DNA of 64,000 nt, taken from positions 1,499 through 65,498 of the forward strand of contig JBGPJZ010000002.1 in the NCBI GenBank assembly GCA_041485695.1. The letters are read 5' to 3'. The notes beneath the pieces are model-generated. The model did not search any database, was not told the origin of the DNA, and saw nothing but the letters and a program-made list of their open reading frames with translations. Positions 54,701 through 63,509 of the stretch are shown piece after piece. The position numbers and the translations under genes were made by a program. The stretch is from Minisyncoccia bacterium. GTDB lineage: Bacteria; Patescibacteriota; Minisyncoccia; Phycocordibacterales; Phycocordibacteraceae. Within the stretch, counting starts at the first letter, position 1. Every line of letters begins with the position of its first letter.

Positions 54701-56541
54701 AATTTTTGAATTGAGATCTTTGAAAGTCTCCCCAGTTCTTTTTGTGAATACCAAACGTCGCCCTGCTTCTCCTTGCCTCGTTCGATGAAAAGGTTTGCAT
54801 TAATTTCTTCACCCAAAAACTCCTTTATCCCTTCCCTATCGCACAGATCCCACAACGAAAAATAGAAGAGAGCCTTCTCTCTCGAATAGACTTTTGAAAG
54901 TGTCGTTTGCCCAAGTTGCCAATTCTTTTCTTGAAGTTCTTTTGGTAAGTTTTTGAGGAGCCCGAACGAATCGTTCGTGAGGTACCAGCCTTTCAGGCGT
55001 TCTTGGAGCTCGGCGGTTGGAGGAAAGTTACCACTCGTCGCTTCTTCAGGCGTGAGTACGTACGCGTATTCAGCCATGTGCGGATAGAGGTGTTTGACTG
55101 TCTTCAGATAGAGTTCGTCCGACTTGTCAGAGTATTCTTGCGTTTCTGCCCGTAGAGCCAGAGCTTCATCACGAATTTTTTGTGGCAACGCCGAGATATC
55201 TGGGGTAATAAACATAACCACCATAGGTGCCCACCATTCGAAAAAGTGTTGGGTGTAATCGCGAAACTCCTCGCGAGTGAGCGGTTCTTTTTTCGTAAGA
55301 TAATGGAGCATCACCTTCCAATGGACGTTGAAAGTTTTGGTGACTTGAGGGAACCATTGTGGGTCTGACGCTTTCTTAACTACATTTTCTTCATAGATAT
55401 CGAACTCGTATTGCGAGTAGTAAACGTAAAGCAAATCTCGAGTATCCGGCCGTATAAAAAGTGCCTCCTCGGTATTGCGTCCTGCCCATGCCGCCTCCGT
55501 TTTACAGTTCCCATCACGCCAAGCTACTGCTTCGTATAAAGAAAGCTCCCTCGTAAAATACTTCTCGAGCACTGCAGGTATCACCGCCTTAGATTTCTGC
55601 GAGAGGGTGGTGATCGGGCGGCTTTGGACAATATAAAACGTGCTGCCTTCAAACGCCCACTCGATATCGCAGGGGAAGCCGTAGTGATTCTCGATTTTAA
55701 GGATGAGTTCGGAGAGTTCGAGAACTTGTTTTTCGGTGAGTACTTGCGACGAGGCTCGCGGCTCGGGGATATCCTTCCACTCATTCCCCCCACCACTTGC
55801 TCGATACAAGGCACGGGTTTGCGAACTTACGTTGGTATCAATGATCCGCCGCGGAGCTTTCTCTACCACGTAACTATCGGGCGTTACTTGCCCCGAAACT
55901 ATTGCCTCGCCAAGCCCAAACCCTGCTTCAATGATGAGTTGATTATAATCTTCAGTGACAGGGTGCACCGAAAAGGCGATGCCCGACACTTCGCTCGCGA
56001 CCATTTTTTGTACGACGACCGCTACTGAAATCTTTTGTGTGTGGAGATTCTTTTCAAACCGGTAAAAGATTGCGCGGGGGGTAAAAAGCGATGTCCAGCA
56101 TCGCTGCACATTCGTAAGCAAGGTCTCTTTCGTCGTATTCAAATAACTATCAAGCTGCCCAGCCCACGCCGCCGAAGCAGAGTCTTCAGCAGTTGCGCTT
56201 GAGCGCACTGCCACATATTCGGCGCCCAATTCTTTAAAATTCTTTTCAATATCTCGTGCAATATCGTCGGGCATTTTCGCCCCAAGAATCATCTGCTGAA
56301 TCTTTTGCGAAGCTTGCTCAACCGTATGCATCTCTTCGCGATTCACGGTGTGAAGCGCCGTATCTATTTCAGCCAGCAAATCTGTCTCTTCAAGGAATCG
56401 GTCGAAGCTGCTCGAAAGTACGACAAACCCGGGCGGTACCTGTATCCCAGCTTGGGTCATTTCTCCTAAGGACGCACCTTTCCCTCCCGCTATCGCGGCA
56501 TCGTTTTTACTTATCTCCCCAAATGGTTTTATGAGGGTCAT
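51724..56541 (-). CDS. Giant (1605 aa) PPDK/PEP-synthase-like protein: N-terminal ATP-grasp (PPDK_N-type) domain followed by three repeats of [unknown domain + PEP-utilising phosphohistidine domain]
   Basis: N-terminus GGKGASLGEM…VAVRSSATAEDS…EAIVSG…WAFEG…IVQSRPIT matches PEP-synthase/PPDK/rifampin-phosphotransferase nucleotide-binding domains. Three swivel His domains: [48 protein letters not shown] and [24 protein letters not shown]. Confidence 0.75.
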   Translation of the reverse strand: MTLIKPFGEISKNDAAIAGGKGASLGEMTQAGIQVPPGFVVLSSSFDRFLEETDLLAEIDTALHTVNREEMHTVEQASQKIQQMILGAKMPDDIARDIEKNFKELGAEYVAVRSSATAEDSASAAWAGQLDSYLNTTKETLLTNVQRCWTSLFTPRAIFYRFEKNLHTQKISVAVVVQKMVASEVSGIAFSVHPVTEDYNQLIIEAGFGLGEAIVSGQVTPDSYVVEKAPRRIIDTNVSSQTRALYRASGGGNEWKDIPEPRASSQVLTEKQVLELSELILKIENHYGFPCDIEWAFEGSTFYIVQSRPITTLSQKSKAVIPAVLEKYFTRELSLYEAVAWRDGNCKTEAAWAGRNTEEALFIRPDTRDLLYVYYSQYEFDIYEENVVKKASDPQWFPQVTKTFNVHWKVMLHYLTKKEPLTREEFRDYTQHFFEWWAPMVVMFITPDISALPQKIRDEALALRAETQEYSDKSDELYLKTVKHLYPHMAEYAYVLTPEEATSGNFPPTAELQERLKGWYLTNDSFGLLKNLPKELQEKNWQLGQTTLSKVYSREKALFYFSLWDLCDREGIKEFLGEEINANLFIERGKEKQGDVWYSQKELGRLSKISIQKLHDDANLRLRVVEKMEKSWAKAAQYLSGSQKLKSVDEMYSYYRHIVDFWSAMNTVFFELPNNPDLQPDFRESILKIREETEQYTDKMSSNFVEFWETEFPEYAKFSYVITPEEAVKLAKHADKELIATLEQRYQEGCFLIKGDIWPLSKLEQILKEKNLKLEQIDADGAKEIKGQTAYPGKVAGTVRLVMNKKEIAKIGVGDVLVAPMTNPEYVPYMQKAAAFITDEGGLTCHAAIVSREMKKPCIVGTKIATEVLKDGDLVEVDADNGIVRILNARAEPEFVFAFSAQGTPFLFEDVVNEGYMPVESAVLGHGGKELSYWEKKTTEEARDIGLRRTPADTKEVIASLTALVEQGLGEIKMLRQKKEIARKDAEHVFTLISKICGQYAYFDYMYWDKVFERSATDPAAKENVALVESFKNEIRERMEKIFFGADSYLQTLVAKVAKQRSLTTETVNWYRGAEVLALFGGTHVSEQALEARTQAWVLHKTKGGVEFLVGDAAQRFIAKVENVGDSIIEVLTGKTAHTGPTVRGKVRKIIRDYSNREILQGQMHEMQKGEILVSDSTDPELIEAFKKAAAVVTDAGGMLSHAAITAREMGIPCIVETGFATKILNNGDEIEVDTKKGTVAILKRSHPFGSKDEWQRLFRVQGLRYFIDDIWMEHYQTLGALTTVIDDFYTSYLSHTTVQKTLAEGARLISDAADFTHFQNAFRAYMKEIRMIAESLAYSKLSKEEVERLLNDIARLFFYYSKTEFFYMDGAYKKSKETKDKGIEERLSLMGELKNEGREFLNSIFFGADAVLPKLLKSLGERFNISERTLQQYSRQEILNLFDAAKVPEEEIAHRENAFYIIGVEGSTVRKTGPSARHAIESFVGNASHGETVTGTTAHPGIARGRARIIVSGYDNFDTLHHLMDAMQKGDILIAETTSPELMPACKKAGGIITDQGGMLSHAAIVSRELNIPCIVGTGNASEVIKDGDEIEMDANTGIVTILK

Positions 56542-56565
56542 GTCTCGCTAATATAGCGCTTTTCA

Positions 56566-58254
56566 TTAGAGAATTCGAACGGTGCCGTGGTTGGCGCGGA
56601 CTTCAACTAGGTCGCCAGTTTTGATGACTTGGGTCGCATTTTTAGTGCCAATCACACAGGGCTTACCAAGCTCGCGAGAGACGATGGCGGCATGGCATGT
56701 AATGCCGCCTTCATTTGTGACAATCGCCGCCGCTTTCTTCATAAGCGGTACGAACTCTGGTCGCGTCATGCCGGTGACGAGAATCTCCCCTTCTTTGAAT
56801 TGATCGAATTCTTTTTGAGAGAGGATTATACGCGCGATACCTTTCGCAAAACCCTGCGAAGCAGTCTGCCCCGTTAAGGTCTTGCTCACTCCGCCAGCGA
56901 GAATCGCTTCAAAACCGGTTCGGATAGACACAGCCTCTTTACCCTCATACATTTTGTAATGACCGTCCTCCACGGCCACCATCACCCCTTCGGTCGCACG
57001 ACGCTCAAGTACTGAAGGCGGGATGAGCCCTTTCTGCACATTCTCGACTTCGTCGAAACTTAGGTACTGCAAGTGGTTGCGCGGGATACCGGTGTGGAGT
57101 GCGATTGATTGGAGCACGGCCTCGAGGATATGAAAGCCCATGAGGTTCACCTTTTTACGATGCTCACGCCAGTATGTAAGGCGCTGAAAAAAGAAGAGCG
57201 GGTTCGTCGTGAGCTTGTGGGCATGTAATACCGCATTTACCGCACGCGTCTTCTTCACCGCATAGGTATCGAGTTGATCAAACTCTTCTGCAAAGAGTTT
57301 CTTGTCACGAGTGTAGTGCAGGATTTCCTCCTTCACATCAGCCACGCTTATGTGATTGATGTACGCGTAATTAGATCGGTAGTAGTCGAACGCGGCGCGA
57401 TACTGGTCAATCTTAGCCGCGTTTTTATGGACGAATTCATCCACGCTCTTCTCGGCAATTGTGGTACGACTCGACATAAGCTTCTTGATAAGAGAGAGGA
57501 GCGCGTATTTACGCTCGTCGGCAAAAGTTGGCTCGGTCGGAGTGGTGAGGATTTGAATTTCTTCTTTAGTGAACGAGTGTTGCTTTGCGATCTCTTCAAT
57601 CTTTTCGTGATCTACGCCGATATCGAACGCATCGATAAAAAGACTCGTGCTCCAAAACGCGTCGTAGAGCGCACGAACTTTTTCGAAAAGCGCGTTAAAT
57701 TTTGCAGCGTCAAGTGAGGCTGGCGTTATTTGCTGTGTCTCGAGATAGAGCTGTTCTATGTCAGAAGCATGGCCAAGATATTTGTGATAGAGATTTTCGT
57801 ATGCGGGAGAATTTGCGTACTCTGCATAAAACGCAGTTGCGAGCGAGCGCAGCGACTCGGTATTCCAATAGATCTCCCCATAATCGCCCTTATAGAAGGC
57901 GTTTAAGATGCCGTAACCATATTCGGCTCCCTGATGGAGAAGTCGATAGGTCCCAGCACTCAAGGACCACGGCCAGGCGGTATAGGGGACGATATTCCCC
58001 TCCTGCTTATAGACCTGCTTGGGGTACACAATGGACGCTTCTTTTTTGGGCTCTGGAATGTCGAGCTCCACGAGCTCGGAAAGGGGTACGCGGTAGGCAT
58101 GAGAGATGCTTTCGAGGGTGCTAAGACGTATGCCATCGGCTTCCCCCCGTAGGAGCGCCCCTATGGTATTGCGGTTGAGCCCGGTATCCGCAGCCATTTC
58201 TAGCCCGGTTTTACGTAGCTTTTTAGCCAATTCAGCTATTTTGAGTTTTGCCAT
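56566..58254 (-). CDS. XRE-type HTH fused to unknown domain and C-terminal PEP-utilising phosphohistidine domain
   Basis: N-terminus [37 protein letters not shown] is a Cro/C1-type HTH; C-terminus [24 protein letters not shown] is a swivel His domain. Start placed at MAKLK (58254), downstream of the predicted promoter, rather than the 58284 track start. Confidence 0.65.
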   Translation of the reverse strand: MAKLKIAELAKKLRKTGLEMAADTGLNRNTIGALLRGEADGIRLSTLESISHAYRVPLSELVELDIPEPKKEASIVYPKQVYKQEGNIVPYTAWPWSLSAGTYRLLHQGAEYGYGILNAFYKGDYGEIYWNTESLRSLATAFYAEYANSPAYENLYHKYLGHASDIEQLYLETQQITPASLDAAKFNALFEKVRALYDAFWSTSLFIDAFDIGVDHEKIEEIAKQHSFTKEEIQILTTPTEPTFADERKYALLSLIKKLMSSRTTIAEKSVDEFVHKNAAKIDQYRAAFDYYRSNYAYINHISVADVKEEILHYTRDKKLFAEEFDQLDTYAVKKTRAVNAVLHAHKLTTNPLFFFQRLTYWREHRKKVNLMGFHILEAVLQSIALHTGIPRNHLQYLSFDEVENVQKGLIPPSVLERRATEGVMVAVEDGHYKMYEGKEAVSIRTGFEAILAGGVSKTLTGQTASQGFAKGIARIILSQKEFDQFKEGEILVTGMTRPEFVPLMKKAAAIVTNEGGITCHAAIVSRELGKPCVIGTKNATQVIKTGDLVEVRANHGTVRIL

Positions 58255-58269
58255 ATGCCTAGTTAGATA

Positions 58270-58303
58270 GGCAATATATAGCATATTGCCACTTTTTATG
58301 CAA
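58270..58303 (-). promoter_or_regulatory. Putative sigma70-like promoter with overlapping palindromic operator for the phosphohistidine-array operon
   Basis: Minus-strand TTGCAT (58298-58303), 17-bp spacer, TATATA (58275-58280). The perfect inverted repeat GGCAATAT-atagc-ATATTGCC (58270-58290) overlaps the -10 element. Confidence 0.35.
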
Positions 58304-58318
58304 GTAAAATAGATGTGT

Positions 58319-58334
58319 GACTGTTTTAACAGTC
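58319..58334. promoter_or_regulatory. Second perfect palindrome GACTGTT-TT-AACAGTC in the divergent control region
   Basis: 7-bp perfect inverted repeat with 2-nt spacer, between the divergently transcribed SixA-like and HTH genes. Confidence 0.35.
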
Positions 58335-58441
58335 TTTTGATACTGAAAAGCTATTGACTTTAAAGTCCGTTATGCTAAGCTATATCCAGGTTAAAAGTTC
58401 GCCTAAAAATCTCTCAACCGCCAAACCCATAGGGGGACCAA

Positions 58442-59026
58442 ATGGCAGATACGAGAATAACGATTCTTCGTCACGGAAACGCCGTGCCGCCTACGGATGA
58501 TTCACATCAAGCCGATATGGCTCGAGCACTCTCCGGCAAAGGCCAGGGGCAAGCCGAGTTGCGTAGGAAGATTCTTGGCAACCCGAAGTTCGACCTCATC
58601 CTTTCGTCGCCAGCGGCCAGGGCGGTCCAAACTGCCCTCATCGTCAGCGATCAGCCCGAAAGTACGGTGCAAAAGATGCATCAGTTGTGTTGGACAGAAG
58701 GATCCGACTTCGCGAAAGCGATTGACGCGATGTTCCGTGAGCTCGGCTACAAGCCGCTCGCGGATTATCGGAAACATCCGCAAGGCCATCTGCTCGACGA
58801 GCAGGCCGGCGAGACGTGGACGTTGTTCCAAGCGTTTCCGTTCAGCGGAAAGTCCGCCCTCATCACCGGACACGCCGTCATGAGCAATGCTCTCGCCTGC
58901 CAAGCCATCGGCGGATACGATCCTTCCGAATGGCGCTACCTGTCGGAAACGTCATTCGGCGAGTGCGAGGGCGTGACTCTCGAGTTCCGTACTGGCGAGT
59001 TCGTCGGGATGGACGTGCACGTGTAA
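58442..59026 (+). CDS. Histidine-phosphatase superfamily protein, SixA-like (putative phosphohistidine phosphatase)
   Basis: ITILRHGNAV (catalytic RHG), …DLILSSPAARAVQTA… matches the SixA/PGAM branch 1 pattern; 194 aa. Confidence 0.6.
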   Translation: MADTRITILRHGNAVPPTDDSHQADMARALSGKGQGQAELRRKILGNPKFDLILSSPAARAVQTALIVSDQPESTVQKMHQLCWTEGSDFAKAIDAMFRELGYKPLADYRKHPQGHLLDEQAGETWTLFQAFPFSGKSALITGHAVMSNALACQAIGGYDPSEWRYLSETSFGECEGVTLEFRTGEFVGMDVHV

Positions 59027-59082
59027 GTCGGCAACGACACAGATTAAAAGAGGGCTGCCCTAACCGGTGGCCCTTTTGTTTT

Positions 59083-59126
59083 ACAAAATAAAAAGAACGC
59101 CCCTGCCGGCAAGACCGGCAGGGGCG
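59083..59126 (-). terminator. Intrinsic terminator for purQ
   Basis: CGCCCCTGCCGG-caaga-CCGGCAGGGGCG (12-bp perfect stem) followed on the minus strand by TTCTTTTTATTTTG. Confidence 0.75.
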
Positions 59127-59139
59127 AAACAGCAACCAT

Positions 59140-59928
59140 CTAGAATCGAGAAGCGAACTGAATCGCGTTTTCAAATATCAAAAGCCCGTGAGGTCTCTCG
59201 ATATTTGCCCGGCGCCAATTTGATTGTTGGACTTGATCCACATGCCGTTCTGGGTGCGGCATGATGCCGAGGATATTGCCGGCGGGGTTACAAAGAGCGG
59301 CGATTCCGTGAATAGAACCGTTAGGATTCGCCGGGTACTCGCTTGATTTTGCCCACTTCCCGTCAGCTCGCGCATAACGATACACGACGAGTTTCTCCGC
59401 CTCCACTTGATTGAGCACCATTTTGGTCGCTGCGATCCTCCCCTCGCCGTGGGCAACAGGAACAATGATAAGAGGCGGGGTTCCCTTCGTGTAGACGCAA
59501 GGGCTTTCCTCGCAGACAAGCCACACATCCCGATGCTCGAAGTGAGCTCCGGAATTTATTGCGAGCGTTAGCTCCATCTGCCCAAAGACGAAGCCGGGCA
59601 AAAGCCCTGCCCGGACAAGGACTTGGAACCCATTGCAAATCCCGATGATACCCCTGCCGCTTTCAACAAAGCGCAGTAGTTGATCAACAAGACAGACCAT
59701 GAGCTCATTCGCCAGGATCCTCCCCGACTTCACGTCATCTCCGTAGGAGAACCCGCCGGGGATAATGAGAAGATCGTAGTCCAACAGAGACACCGCACTC
59801 GTCCGTAGTGCATTGATGTGGACGATGTGCGGGTCTCCACCGGCACGTCGGCAGGCATATGCGGTTTCTTCTTCGCAATTGATGCCGTCCGTTTTAAGGA
59901 TACATATTTTAGGCGGCCTCTTTTGCAT
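59140..59928 (-). CDS. purQ: Phosphoribosylformylglycinamidine synthase I (glutaminase subunit)
   Basis: Start at MQKRPPKICILKTDGINCE; class I GATase triad region GICNGFQ…HPE. Confidence 0.8.
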   Translation of the reverse strand: MQKRPPKICILKTDGINCEEETAYACRRAGGDPHIVHINALRTSAVSLLDYDLLIIPGGFSYGDDVKSGRILANELMVCLVDQLLRFVESGRGIIGICNGFQVLVRAGLLPGFVFGQMELTLAINSGAHFEHRDVWLVCEESPCVYTKGTPPLIIVPVAHGEGRIAATKMVLNQVEAEKLVVYRYARADGKWAKSSEYPANPNGSIHGIAALCNPAGNILGIMPHPERHVDQVQQSNWRRANIERPHGLLIFENAIQFASRF

Positions 59929-62773
59929 GACCGAATACCTCCAACATGGGTTGCTTCCAAATACACCGTAACCGATCTGTCTCAATCGAAAACAGCGTGG
60001 GCGCACTCTCCGAGAGATTTTGCCGACCAATGATTGCGCGACGAGGAGATGTTTTCCCAATCACGCGCACAAGACCCGGCAACTCTTGAACCATACCAAG
60101 ATGCTCGCCCTTTACTTCAAGCAACAAACATCCTGATGTTTCGTTGAAGAATGCGTGACGTGGGTCAGCGTGTAGATGAGACGACACGCCGATTTCTGCC
60201 CCGACATCGCCGCCAAAACACATTTTGGCGAGCGCAGCAGCAAGACCTCCTTCACCGATGCTTTTGGCTGCGAGGATTTTGCCCTCGTTTACCCACCGAT
60301 GCATCGTGTCGAAAACCCTTGGTGCATTTTCGAGATCAGGTTTTGGGAGTCGGTTACCCACATACCCGAGAGTGTCGTAGTACACCGAACCGCCGAGAGC
60401 CCCGATACGTTGGCGACCCAAGAGCAGCAGGTGCGAATCCGAACGTTTGAAATCGGCCGAAACCGTTTTCATCACGTTCGGGATACGACCAAACATAGAA
60501 ACGCAAAGCACGGGAGGGATTTTTATAACCATCCCATGTCCACGATACGTGCTCGATAAGCTGTCTTTCCCAGAAATGAATGGCAGCTTAAAGACGTGCA
60601 TGAGCTTCACGCACGCATCTACGGCCTCGTCTAAGGCCGCAAGCGACTCTTCGTCAGGAAACGGCCAGATGAAGTTGTCGATAAGAAACGCTTCACCCTG
60701 TGCAATCCTGCCGCCTGCCGCTACATAGTTCGACATCGCTTTGACACCTGCCCAAAGGGACCCCCAGTACGGATCGATCCGATTTAAGATCGGATTTAAC
60801 CCTTGACTAAGGACAAGCCCGTAGGGCTTGCCGAGAAGTGGTCGCAAAACCACCGCATCGTTTGGGCAATCATTGAAGACGCCGGTGAAGGGCGCCAAGG
60901 CACTCGTACCCTGAACGCTTTGGTCATAGAGGCGAGCCACCGGTTCGCGTGACGCAACATTGAGGTGCCCCACGACCGCTTCAAAAGAGGCAACGAAATC
61001 TTCCTCTCTATATAGCGGAATCTGCGGTTCAGGGAAGCTTTCGTTTTTGAGTTCTGCTTTCATAACCCGCCGCGGGAGACCGTGATGCACGAATTCCATC
61101 GACAAATCGCACACGATCTCATCGCCATAGCTGACGACGAGTTGGTGGTCGTTCGTGATGACTCCGATTACGGCGGCCTCGACGTTGTAGAGCTTGTATG
61201 TTTCGAGAACCGTAGGGAGGTCTTCGGGTCGAATGATGATCACGTCTCGTTCTTGAGATTCGGATATCCAGATTTCACTTGGTGAAAGCCCGGCGTATTT
61301 GACCGGAACTTTTTTAAGGTCAACCCTGACGCCCGTTTGACTGCCAAGTTCGCTCACGGCACAGCAAAGACCTCCAGCGCCACAGTCGGTCTTTGCTCGG
61401 ATGCAATTCTTGTCACGAATAACCAGATTTGCATCGAACAAACGCTTTTCTTCAATAGCATTGCCGATTTGCACCGCTCCGCTATTGACCAAGCTTGTCC
61501 GATCAGTCGTTTCGCCAGAAGAAAACGTTGCGCCATGAATGCCGTCGCGACCAGTCCTACCGCCAGCAACAATAATGAGATCGCCAGGTTGTGGGACCCC
61601 TTTCTTTGCTCTTGCTGTCGGGAGAATGCCAAACGATCCGACGATTACCACCGCATTTGCGCGGAAGTCATCGTGAAAGTGGGTCGACCCGAGAACGGTG
61701 GGTATACCCATTCGGTTACCGTATCCACCGACGCCAACAACGACGCCTCGATAGACGCTTTCCGGCAATAACACACCGGGTGGCAATCTCTCTGAAGGCG
61801 TCTTAGGTGATGCGAGGCAATACGTCTCCGAAGAAGCGACAACTTTCGCTCCTTCGCCAAGGCATTCATCGTCACGGAGGACTCCCCCTGTCCCGGTAGC
61901 AGCACCACCAACGGGGTCAATGTTGCTCGGCTTGTTGTGCGTTTCTACCTTGCCGCACAGTGACCAGCCTTCGTAGAACTCGCCGGCTCCCGCATTGTCG
62001 ACAAACGCAGACACTACGCCACGGCTGTAGCGTGCAGAGGTTTGTTTGAGTCGCGTCATGAAAGGCGTTTTTCTTTGGCCGTTTCTCATGATTTCAGCAT
62101 TGAAGGTTTTGTGGCAACAATGTTCGCTCCACATCACCCCCGGTGTCTCTAGTTCGATGTCCCTCGGATCACGCCGCAAGACATCGCGGAAGTGCCCTTG
62201 GATCGTGCGCATCTCGTCCAAAGTAAGGAAGAGGGTGTCTTTCGAAAGTGCCCTCAGTGCCTCGTCGTCGAGGTCGCGGATGGGAACGATTGCAGCAGGC
62301 GGAGTCGTCGCGGTTATGATGAGCGTTTTGGGCTCTTCGGTAACCACGTGTTGAACCGCCGCGTTCATCAAGAGCCTGTCCACAACGACCACAACATTTT
62401 TGTTTTCGATGTCACCGAAGAAGTGGTACTCCATGCTTGAGTCTGCGGCGAGCAGAGTACGGAACCCCAAATCACTGCCCATTTTCATGAGCGATGCTGA
62501 TTCAGGGTTCATAATGCCTGGCCGATACGCGACCTCGACAACCGTGGTCGCGCCATTTCTTATGGGCTCGTTCACCATGTAGAATTCGTCCACATCCGCC
62601 AAGCGGCTTGCAAACATCTCTGCATCCGCTTCTGCAAGCCCTTCAAAGCGATAGACTTTTACGGTCTTAACGTCGCTGAAGTTTCCGAGATTGAGGCGTC
62701 GTATATCACGAAGCACCTCTTCACCGCGCGGGTCTTCATGTCCGCGACTTGCGATTCGTATCTTGTGAATCAT
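59909..62773 (-). CDS. purL: Phosphoribosylformylglycinamidine synthase II with N-terminal PurS-like domain (PurS-PurL fusion)
   Basis: 954 aa; about 90-aa PurS-like N-terminus, then the duplicated PurM-like AIRS/AIRS_C domains of FGAM synthetase; overlaps the purQ start. Confidence 0.85.
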   Translation of the reverse strand: MIHKIRIASRGHEDPRGEEVLRDIRRLNLGNFSDVKTVKVYRFEGLAEADAEMFASRLADVDEFYMVNEPIRNGATTVVEVAYRPGIMNPESASLMKMGSDLGFRTLLAADSSMEYHFFGDIENKNVVVVVDRLLMNAAVQHVVTEEPKTLIITATTPPAAIVPIRDLDDEALRALSKDTLFLTLDEMRTIQGHFRDVLRRDPRDIELETPGVMWSEHCCHKTFNAEIMRNGQRKTPFMTRLKQTSARYSRGVVSAFVDNAGAGEFYEGWSLCGKVETHNKPSNIDPVGGAATGTGGVLRDDECLGEGAKVVASSETYCLASPKTPSERLPPGVLLPESVYRGVVVGVGGYGNRMGIPTVLGSTHFHDDFRANAVVIVGSFGILPTARAKKGVPQPGDLIIVAGGRTGRDGIHGATFSSGETTDRTSLVNSGAVQIGNAIEEKRLFDANLVIRDKNCIRAKTDCGAGGLCCAVSELGSQTGVRVDLKKVPVKYAGLSPSEIWISESQERDVIIIRPEDLPTVLETYKLYNVEAAVIGVITNDHQLVVSYGDEIVCDLSMEFVHHGLPRRVMKAELKNESFPEPQIPLYREEDFVASFEAVVGHLNVASREPVARLYDQSVQGTSALAPFTGVFNDCPNDAVVLRPLLGKPYGLVLSQGLNPILNRIDPYWGSLWAGVKAMSNYVAAGGRIAQGEAFLIDNFIWPFPDEESLAALDEAVDACVKLMHVFKLPFISGKDSLSSTYRGHGMVIKIPPVLCVSMFGRIPNVMKTVSADFKRSDSHLLLLGRQRIGALGGSVYYDTLGYVGNRLPKPDLENAPRVFDTMHRWVNEGKILAAKSIGEGGLAAALAKMCFGGDVGAEIGVSSHLHADPRHAFFNETSGCLLLEVKGEHLGMVQELPGLVRVIGKTSPRRAIIGRQNLSESAPTLFSIETDRLRCIWKQPMLEVFGHAKEAA

Positions 62774-62902
62774 GTGCTTCCCTTCTCTCTAGAATGGATT
62801 GCCAAAAAACGAATACGCACCCTGAGGTGCGTTCCGTCACAAACCTTACACCTTTTCGAGGTGGTGCGAAAGTGAGCGCTAGGTGCTACTTTGTACGGAC
62901 AC

Positions 62903-62991
62903 GGAGAGGTGGCTGAGCGGCTGAAAGCGGCAGGTTGCTAACTTGCTAAACGGGTAAAACCGTTTCGAGGGTTCGAATCCCTCCCTCTCCG
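62903..62991 (+). tRNA. tRNA-Ser (anticodon GCT), long variable arm
   Basis: GGAGAGGTGGCTGAGCGGCTGAAAGCGGCAGGTTGCTAACTTGCTAAACGGGTAAAACCGTTTCGAGGGTTCGAATCCCTCCCTCTCCG; class II tRNA with anticodon loop TTGCTAA. Confidence 0.8.
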
Positions 62992-62996
62992 CACAG

Positions 62997-63509
62997 ATGG
63001 AAATTATCCCTGAAAAAGACGTTCATCTTGCGTTTCGCTTAAGCCTTTTCGCGAAGGGCGCGTTCGCTATCGCCGAGATCGTGGGCGGCGTCCTCGCCTA
63101 CTTCGTTTCTCAAGACTTTCTCTACTACCTCGCGTCGACCGTCACGCAAAACGAGCTTACCGAAGACCCGAACGATATCTTGGGGAATTTTCTCTTGCAT
63201 CTCGCGCAAGGTTTCTCGATCGGCGCCCAGCACTTCACGGCGTACTACCTCGTGAGCCACGGGGTCGTGAAGCTCTTTCTCATCGCCGGTCTTTTGAAGC
63301 GAGTCATGTGGGCCTACCCTGCCGCGCTCATCGTCTTCACGCTGTTCATCATCTACCAGCTCTTTCGCTATAGCGTCACGCACTCGCCGTGGCTCATCGT
63401 CATCTCGCTACTCGACCTCATCGTCATCGCCCTCACCTGGCATGAATATCGTTATATGAAAAAGATTGGAAGCGCCCCGGTTACTGATTCGCAAGCCACA
63501 CGCCGATAG
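62997..63509 (+). CDS. DUF2127-family membrane protein
   Basis: 170 aa, four TM helices, conserved DUF2127-like N-terminus (…LFAKGAFAIAEIVGGVLAY…). Confidence 0.5.
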   Translation: MEIIPEKDVHLAFRLSLFAKGAFAIAEIVGGVLAYFVSQDFLYYLASTVTQNELTEDPNDILGNFLLHLAQGFSIGAQHFTAYYLVSHGVVKLFLIAGLLKRVMWAYPAALIVFTLFIIYQLFRYSVTHSPWLIVISLLDLIVIALTWHEYRYMKKIGSAPVTDSQATRR

